Assembly (NCBI GenBank): GCA_000165425.1
Contig: CT868668.1
Location: forward strand, 124,001 to 188,000
Reading direction: 5' to 3'
Origin: Paramecium tetraurelia
Taxonomy: Eukaryota
DNA length: 64,000 nucleotides
In this document: positions 55,191-64,000 of the stretch, piece by piece
Layout: the number at the start of each line of letters is the position of its first letter
Numbering within the stretch: position 1 is the stretch's first letter
Program-made: the position numbers and the translations under genes
Notes under the pieces: model-generated
Seen by the model: the letters and a program-made list of their open reading frames with translations, nothing else
Database searches by the model: none
Told to the model about the DNA's origin: nothing

Positions 55191-56818
55191 TCACTTAGTT
55201 GATTTCCTATATAAAACAAAAGCTAAAAATCCGGCTGTAACAGTTGCAAAACTAAGCTTTTACCACTGTTTTTCTGCAATAAAACAAGAGGCTGTAGTAG
55301 AACCCAATACTAAAGTCTCAATTATACCCATCTTTGTATCAAGCTTTTCTTCCAAGATATATTTAGTCATTGAAGAAGCAAGAACTGCTGATGCTGTAGT
55401 CTTCCAAATAATGTCAGAGAATCTAAAACTTAATTAATTATTTTCGTTTATCTATGATTTCTAATGTATTTCACTAGCTGCTAATTTTGAATCATTTGTT
55501 TTGGTTTAATTAGTTGAATTCTTAGCTTCATTTTGATCTTAATTGTTGCTCAACATAGTTTAATAAAGAGAAGCTCTTTCTTTATTTGCTTATTTTAATA
55601 ATTCTCTGATTTCTTTTCTTTTATCGAATATTTCTTGATTTTAAGTAGTATTCTTTACTAGGTTCCAAGCTTGGTCAATATCTCTCCATGCTTCTTCATA
55701 GTCTTATTTTTATTAATATGCCAAAGCTCTTCTATACCAAACCTTTTAATTGGAAGGATCAAGTTGAATTGCCTATTAATAAAAATAATATCTACAATAT
55801 TGGCATGAGTGATACATGAATTAGAATCACCAAGATTCAAAAAACAAGCACTTAAATTAGATAACAAATTTATTCTTAATTTCTTAAATTCTTAGAGTTA
55901 TTCTTCTGGACATTAAATTAAATAGTATGGATCACACAATCCTATAGATAGATTATACTACTCAACAGCCCTGGCATAATTCTTTAACTGGAACCATTAG
56001 TTTCCTTAATTTTTTAGAAAAGTGGCTTCATCAAGAGACTTTTAGAATTAAAGAACAAGTTATGATTTTTAATCAATTTCTACTATTTTAGGGGAGCTTT
56101 GAACCTAAGAACCTTATAGATTGTTAGTAGGTAAACTTGAATTGGTTTCATCAATAATTTCTCCTTCTTCTACTTGCTTTTCTTCCTCTTATATAACTTA
56201 CCTTTAGGTGTTATCTTTTTAATTGAAATGAAGCGTAGGTTAAATTAATTCTGGTTCTTATTAATTTTATTCATCTTTTGATACATCTAAAGCTTAATGT
56301 AGTTGATTATCTAGCTATTGCTCGTTTTAAATTATTTCCTATTAATTTAATTACTAAGTGTGAGATTTATCCAATATTTCAAATTGAGATTAGTCAACAA
56401 CAGAATTTTCTACTCTTTCTTACTATTCTAATTTTTCTTGAGATTATGGAATTGCTTCATATAAGGATTCAACAAATTATGAGTTAGCATTATCGTGTTC
56501 TAAATTTTCATGGTGACTTTCATTTGATTATTTGTTATTTTAATGTTGAGGAACAGAATCTAAATGTTTAGAATTGTCTTCGTCTTTACTGATATTTAGA
56601 ATTTAGATAGGCTATTCTGTTTCTAATTTAACCTAGTTTTATTTGTCTTTTTCACTATGATGCTGAACTTGGGACTCATGCTATGGTTCCTTATTTTAGT
56701 TATCATTTGCGTGTTTCACATTCTTTTCAATCTTTAAGTGTTCCACTTCTTCTTAAGTATTATTATTTTGATCTTAATCAGAAACCTTAGGATTTGATTA
56801 CTCTTATGAAGAATCCAT
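55191..56818 (-). CDS. TPR co-chaperone-like protein with acidic N-terminus and C-terminal membrane anchor
   Basis: LKNQGNQWFQLKNYARAVEQY, LLSNLSACFLNLG, KVWYRRALAY (carboxylate-clamp TPR residues); C-terminus SLVFATVTAGFLAFVLYRKSTK. Confidence 0.82.
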
Positions 56819-57172
56819 AAATAAAATGTAAATTTTATATCAATAATTTATTTAATCATGTTTTTATGAGCATTTCTCATTCATATTACTTATTTTGTTT
56901 CATTATTCTAACAAATTAGTTTGAACTACCATTTATTCGACTATTTCTATTGGTTCATACAACTCTACTTGTAATTCTTTCTAATTCTATTTATGCGTAT
57001 CTATAATTGGGAGACCGTATGAAATAAATTCAATAAGAAGATCAAGATATCAAAAATTTACAAAATAATGAAATTGTTATCAATTGCAAAATTAATAATT
57101 TCATTAAAGAGACATGATTTTGTTAGATTTTAAATATTTTTACAAGTATTTTATCATAAATTTACAAATAAT

Positions 57173-57856
57173 TCATTAAATTTCAGTATCAAATATGTAA
57201 TGTGCAGTGTTTGTATCAACGGCTTGGAATATAATTTTAGCATTTCGATAAGCCTGAGGGTCCATTAATTCATCCTCCATAGTGAGTAACTTCCAATCTA
57301 CTTCTAAATAGTAAATTTTTTTGTAGGTATATAATGCAATTAGAGAGAGGAATATATTGATTATAAATAAAATGATTATCAATTATGATGAGAGTTGATT
57401 CCATAATACTCCTAAAATAATAAAGAGAACAGCTATTGAGATGGCGAGTAGAACTGTAAAATTTCTATATCTCTTTCTTTGATGAAATCTAAAGGTTCAG
57501 GAAATGCTATACTTTTTATTTTTAATTTCAGTTTTAAAGAAACATAAACAAAAAAGACATTGTAATGTTGATATCGAAGAGGAAGGCTTCTTCATTTCAG
57601 CAATCACACAATCAGGATGATATTATACATCGTCGCATTTACATAATTTAACTAAGCAACTTCTACGGCAAATATAACAAATTTTGGATTAAGTATATGG
57701 TTAATTAGTAACAAGGGTTAATTTCACTTTTTTACTCGATCTCTTGGGTCTATAAATGGGAGCAGACTCTTGATCCTTGGCTTGATCTGCCAGCACAAAT
57801 CTTCTTGATGATTTCAGGATGATTTCATCTTGATTTGATGCGGTTGAATTCAACAT
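57173..57856 (-). CDS. RING-CH (MARCH-like) membrane E3 ligase with two TM helices
   Basis: CYICRRSCLVKLCKCDDVQYHPDCV...CLFC (C4HC3), followed by two hydrophobic helices. Confidence 0.72.
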
Positions 57857-58101
57857 ATAAATAATTTAATAATCATTAATATTTTATATGAAGTTAATTT
57901 ATAATATGGACAGAATCAGAATCGAGGATTTATATGAAAGATAAGCAAGAACTAATTCGGTTTCTTATTCTTGATATTTTTGGTAAAAATATAAAATAAA
58001 TTAATATATATGATTTATAATTAATAACAATTGTATTTAAATATTTTAATTAATAATAATTACATAAATTTACCACTAAATTCCAAAACAAAACAAATTG
58101 C

Positions 58102-60107
58102 TCAGACAGTTATTATGATATATTTCCATTCTTTTATGGCATCGATCATCCATAAAAGAGAAGTATCATATTATTAGATAACTTTTTCAATAATATAAAT
58201 AAATTCTTCAAATACCGCCTCGCTAATTTTAAGCCTAGAATGTATGGCTTAGATATCTGATCTTTTAAAATATTTCCTACCAGACAATAAATATTCAAAT
58301 TTTTTAAGGATGGTTTTCTATACATTTGCATCATTGCTATCAAAAACATTCTTGATTTCAACATTAGATTGCAATTCATCAGCAATCAAAGGGACAAACT
58401 CACAAATTCTAGTTTCTCCAACAATATCACAAGGTAGCTTTTTATTAGTTATGTAAGGTAAGATGATATCGAATTCTTCTTCAAAGTCCTAGAAGATGAC
58501 TCTTTAAGGATTGAGTCTGGCCAGTAAATTGAACAATTTGTCTTTAATGCTCTAATACAATTGTATATTGATTTAATGTTAGCAATGTAATTAACTCAGG
58601 TCTTCAAGAGTAAAGCAGTTATTTTATTTGTTAAAAGCATAATGTAAGAAATATTTGGTATGCTAAACAAATTGATCGTATCCAATCTTGTGTATGAAAT
58701 TCTTGTTAATATAGGGGTCAGTTTAACATAACTTAATGAATTCAGCACAGAAATTGTCTATACCAAACTATTTATAAACTAAGTCTTTGATGCTATCTTA
58801 ATCAATCACAGCCGCTTTATAGGAATCAGTTTATTCAAGTATATAGTAGACAACTTCTTTTTCAGCGTGTTTCGACATGGCTCCTGATAGGTAGTATTTG
58901 AAAACTGAATATTAAACTGAATTAATTCCAAAGGCTTTGTGAAAGTCTCTCATAGAGTCCATAACATAATTAGTGGATTCTGAAGATCCTAAAATGAACC
59001 CGAAGATACGACTAAATTTAATGGCTTGTTCCTCTTGTTTGGTTCCTTTGAACAATGGACTCAATGAGAAATCTTCAAAAATTTGAGCATACATATTTTT
59101 AGCTATGGTTCTTATGCTATCTTTAACATTTTAAACAGAACGAGACTATTATAATGATTTGAATGCATACATTGCAGATAATGGCACCTCTGTAGTACTC
59201 CACTTTCTATGCACATTTAAATATAACTTCCATTCCAATTTTCATATCTATTAGTTTTTTGATATAGAGATACTTAAACCTGTTGAACATCTCATCAGTT
59301 ATATTAAGGTCCTAATGTAATTACTTAAGACTTTCAAAGTGATATGCCAATTTATTTCCATTACTTAAATCTATTAGTGCTTTAACAACCCCTTTCATTT
59401 CATGGGCAGTCCCGATGACAGGCCCAATCTACTCATCCTAGGCTAGTATTTATGCGAATTCCTTTGCATAGTCATCTAATCCTTCCATTTTTTCGAATTC
59501 ACTATGTCTTGTAATACTAGTTTTGGATCTAAGTTAAATGTAGTGATTGATACTTTTTTTCTTTAAATTATGAGAGAATGTCATTGATCGATTTTCCTGA
59601 AGAAAACGGACACTACTACTATTGTACAGATGATTGTGATTGTTATGATTGTTGAATTAGTTGGGTCTGATGATATTGAGATTTTTTGAGAACCACATTA
59701 TTACTGACGATACTAGTGTTTTCATCTCTTGAGGTCTTAACACTGCCATTAGAAGATTTAACTTTGTTCTTAACAGTAAACAACCTTTAGAAATGACGAC
59801 TCGAGCCAAGATCGAACTAATTGTTCTCTTCGATTTAGATTATTTAATTTTTTTGTTTCTTCTACGCCTATGGAGTAAGGGGCTTAGAAGCAGTTGATAA
59901 TCTTTCAGAATCAACAATACATCTGGCAGAACCTCCTTTTTTTATTTGCCAAAAATTATTTGGTTGTGTGCAATCTAAGGAGGGTAACTTTGAGAATAAA
60001 TGATCCCTTCTTGAACTTTATCCATCCTGGATTTCTTTGCTAGATTTGCTAACCAATATTTGGCTATATGCATTTTGTTTGAACTCATGAGAGTCTCCTC
60101 TAATCAT
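58102..60107 (-). CDS. Protein with disordered N-terminus and four tandem truncated-hemoglobin (2/2 globin)-like domains
   Basis: Four units with the F8-His motif: LKQLHQDLNITDEMF, MRDFHKAFGINSVQY, LSQLHCQHQINIQLY, IQAIHSRLKISEAVF. B-CD1 motifs such as MYAQIFEDFSLSPLF. One intron. Confidence 0.8.
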
Positions 60108-60160
60108 TAAAGAAAGATAAATAATTATTAAATTATTTGTAAGGTAGTAATAACATAATA

Positions 60161-61380
60161 TCATCTGAGAAATAGGTTTTTACTGGAACACATTTCTTGT
60201 TTGTCTTAATTATTTTACTCAGTGCCAAGTCTCCAAAATATCAAAGTTTCATCTCCAGCCGCAGAACAAAGCATAGACTAATCAGGAGATATGCCTAAAT
60301 GCAAAACCCTCGATTTGTGAGCTTAAAGTTCTTAGACCAATTTGGCCTATTAAATTACTTCTGCATTCCATATACTAATTTAGAATTTGGAAAACCCATG
60401 TGATGAAATAAGTTCTCTATATCTTGGTAAAAACTATAAAGCACAAACTTGTGATCCCGTATCTATGCTTTTGAAACACAGTCCTGTGTCAGAATTCCAA
60501 AACTTTATGTTTTTGTCATTGGAACCTCCTCCACTAACTAAGATATTGGGAAACCATGGACACCATGCCATAGCCTTGACAGCTGCACAATGACCTTCAC
60601 ATGACAAACGCAATGACATTTATCTTTTGTCCCATAATAATAGTTAATTATCATTTGCGCCACTGCTTAAAGTAGTTCCAGAGGAATTCCATTTCAATCC
60701 ACAAACCTCTTGAGTGTGTTTCTGAAATACTCCCACAACATTATTATTCTTTTCCCTTAGATCATGATTGAAAATAACGTTATCTCTGCCTGAAGTTGAC
60801 AATAATTCAAAACTGCTACTCATCGTTGACACTCTCTCATTATGATAATATAACTAGGTTATTGTTTGTTAGGAACAAACATCAACTATCTTGATAGAGG
60901 CATCATCAAATCCCACTCCTAAGATATGATCATTGATCCAATGTACTGCAGTTACATTTGAAGTTGCTTATAAAAGTTATTCAATATGCTCTATTTTATA
61001 GATATATTAAGTTACAATTTGAAGCATTCCATAAATACACTTTATTTTGTAATCCCACTGATAACACATTGTTATTGCCCCATTCCAAAATATTGAGATA
61101 GAAGTCATCTGCAATATCTGGTGCATCCAATATTTTCTCAGGGACTGAACTAATTTACCTAACTGTTTATTAGGTAGGCAATCTGTATTAATTATGTAAC
61201 TAATCCAAAAATGATATTGGGTAATTCTGCTGTTATTTTTGATTTCCAAAATTCAGCACTTTTTCCTCATTTATATGATACAATAACTAGGATATTGAAT
61301 TCAAATACATCATTATAATTTGATTAAGTGTGTGATTGATACAGCAATTTCGATTTACTTTTCGGAATAAATCTGTCCAT
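60161..61380 (-). CDS. CDC20: CDC20/Fizzy APC/C activator
   Basis: C-box [58 protein letters not shown], and a C-terminal LR tail. Confidence 0.92.
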
Positions 61381-61601
61381 ATATATATCCGTTAAATTAA
61401 TAATTATATTTTAGAATTATATAGTTTTATTTTGTTTCACACTCAAATATTTACTTTAATAATGGCATTTTTGATTTTGCTTAGAATTCGAATGCGGTCA
61501 TTTTAAATTGAATGAAAACGATATCTTTCTTCTTCCTTAATTCTTAATTTAATTTAAGTTAGGCAAATTATTAATAAAAAATATTAATAATTATATATAA
61601 A

Positions 61602-62241
61602 ATGAGCAATGCAAAGTATTTTCATATTCAATACCTTTAGATCTGACGGTGAGAATTAAAAATTTATTATGGGCGATGAACCTTTGAGATTTCAAAATTA
61701 TGTGGCCGGATAGGATGAACAACAAGGTACAAACATATTCAAATCTTAGTCCCATAATAAGATCAAAATTTAGAATACTACAATGAATATCTGAGACTAT
61801 ACATTGCTAATGTTGTCTTAACGAATTAAGTATTGTATGGAATTTATATTAGTTAAAAGAACTTTTGAATGAAAAGAATGAACTAGTCAACAAATTAAAC
61901 AAATTAGAAGTAATTTTTAATATCACCAAAATTCAAGCGTCGAAATCAAGAGCTCAATTCAAATGTTGAAGAAACTGGAGAAGAAAGAAAGAAAAGATTG
62001 AGAAGACCAGCACAAGAAATCGAAAGGCATTTTACTTGTCCAGTCGAAAATTGCTAAAAGAAATATGGGTAAAAGTCCTTAATAAGTGTTTCTTAGAGCT
62101 GAAGGGTCTCTCAACCAGCACATCAAACTCAAACATCCAGAATTAGTCAAGGATAGAGCATTTTATAAATCAAATGAATAATCGCAATAACAAGGAGAGC
62201 CTGAATCATTGTCAGATCTAAAACAAGAATAAATTTAATGA
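61602..62241 (+). CDS. C2H2 zinc-finger protein with coiled coil (5 introns)
   Basis: RKKRLRRPAQEIERHFTCPVENCQKKYGAEGSLNQHIKLKHP after splicing five 23-28 nt introns. Confidence 0.85.
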
Positions 62242-62478
62242 CACATAATTAAAATAATATAAGTTATTTTAAACATACCTATAAACTTTAAATCACTAAT
62301 TTATTGTTCCTAATTTCTTCCTTAATATTATTGTAAATAATATCAAAATAAATTCAAATTAATTTATAATACACATTGCTTTCAAATTTTAAATACAAAA
62401 TATTGAGGATCCGACCCTTTTGCAGATAGATTATATTCAAATACACAATTTAATAAATTATTAATTTAAAATAGATAC

Positions 62479-63681
62479 TCATGATGACGCTGATGTTGAG
62501 CCTAATTTGATGGGATGGAGAACCTCCTTTTCTTCTTCATCCTTATACTTACCAGCAAAGCAATTCTAAAATACCTTAAGAATTTAATTTATTGTGATTG
62601 TTGCAGATTATTGTCTCTAAACAATTGAATAACCTTAAAATATGAGAAAGAAAGCTTACTTCTAACAACTTCATCAAATACTCGAGCATTCAATTTAATT
62701 CCCAATGGCCAAGCAATGTAAATATCATACTTTTTTAGGTTGTTGATGAAATGGAGAATCTTTTTGCTTTATACAAATCCTCTATCGAAAGTGAAAAAGA
62801 TTCCACCATAACTAGGAGGAATTGAGTTAAACAAGATTTTTATAACAAAATAAATTAGCTTATCGGAATAACTTCTATATTGACTTTCTCCATTTAATTC
62901 AACATCTCCTAAAAATTGAATTGCCAAATCAACAATATTTGTGCATAAAATCATGTATTCTGTTTCAACTTCCTTATCCAAAAGAGCTGCATTAATTGTT
63001 GAATAGGCAATCTGAGCATCAGCAAAAAGATTTTAAATGTTTTCAGTTTTAAATTGAACATCAAGAATTGGTGCTAAGTTTGATGATTAGCAATCTCTAA
63101 CTTTCTTACAAATCATTTCCAAATTTTCATTCTATTATTTTCCAAGTTCATAATCAACTTTCAGACATACAAATTAAATTGAGGGTTTATTCTGATATCC
63201 GTGTTGTTTAAGTTCCTCGGCTAATTTCAAAGGAGCTTCATCCTTAATTACGCAGGCTCTTTTCAAGATTGATTGAGTTGTCTAGAAAAATTCCAAGGGT
63301 GTTTTTTTATCATCCAAGATTTATTTTCGGGAGAATTACTCTTTCGCCAAAATCATCTAAAATGATAAACAGATATTAATACAGCAGATGTATAATCTTT
63401 CATTACCAAATCATTATAGAATACTTCCAAAATTTGCTATTCAAAGTTGCTTAGATTTTCTAGCTTTTCCTTATGAGTTTCATAGTATTCATTTTCTTGT
63501 CCAATCAATGGCTAATGTAAACATCTATGTTTAATAGTATAGATTACGATTTTAGGTAATTTAATTATGTTTCATCATTAAAGGTTGAAAAATCCAGGAT
63601 TATCTATTTATGGCTTTACTCTTGATAGCATTCAGTCAATGAAGTTATCTAGATTTTCAAAATATCGGTTGTGTTCGACAT
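62479..63681 (-). CDS. Class I fructose-bisphosphate aldolase-like protein, probably catalytically inactive
   Basis: CQSSNLAPILDVQF ~ CQQNGIVPIVEPEI; AALLDKEVETEYMILCTNIV ~ [32 protein letters not shown] ~ RTVPPAVTGITF; AWPLGI ~ PWALTF; CFAGKY ~ ACQGKY. Three introns. Confidence 0.65.
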
Positions 63682-63867
63682 AATAGAATTAAATAATAAT
63701 TATTAATGAAATTTAGGTCATTCTTTCATTTAGTAATAAACTCAATTTAATGAATTAATGTAGAGAATTTATAACTCACTCATAAGAAATCTTACAAACG
63801 AGTAACTCTATTTTGTATTTTTAGAGATATTTCTTCTATAATAAATTTATAATTAATCAATAATACG

Positions 63868-64000
63868 ATGAATTTAAGTCCAACAAAATATGACAGTCCA
63901 TCGAAACTGCAATCTAAAATTGATCTAAAGATGAGGAAGAGTGGGATACCAGTAGCTTTAAAAAGATCACCATAATTTTAACTATTAGATTGTTTCATGT
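63868..64000 (+). CDS. 5' end of a hypothetical protein (runs off the window)
   Basis: MNLSPTKYDSPSKLQSKIDLKMRKSGIPVALKRSPQ... starting after an AT-rich spacer. Confidence 0.55.

Overview
AT-rich, gene-dense eukaryotic DNA that reads as a ciliate somatic (macronuclear) chromosome segment, most likely Paramecium. TAA/TAG fall in frame at conserved Gln positions (translation table 6), TGA is the only stop, introns are tiny (about 20-31 nt, GT..AG), and intergenic spacers can be as short as 4-25 nt. The supplied ORF track uses the standard code, so it shows only fragments or antisense artefacts. Hand translation with code 6 gives about 36 genes. Recognisable products include CEP104, Miro, a kinesin, DusA, a Polo kinase, TBCE, a DUSP-USP deubiquitinase, a Tul1-like RING E3, a class-2 lipase, F1 ATP synthase beta and CDC20. 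Highlights: (1) an ATG8-like protein with no C-terminal Gly and a C-terminal transmembrane helix; (2) a protein with four tandem truncated-hemoglobin-like domains; (3) a class I aldolase-like protein missing the Schiff-base Lys; (4) a 14-repeat WD40 gene with shuffled, near-identical repeats and hypervariable positions, preceded by a GC/CpG-rich structured island; (5) frameshifts in ATP synthase beta and the WD40 gene, plus an EF-hand pseudogene. All identifications come from manual translation and remembered family motifs. No database search was run, and exon boundaries are hand-called.
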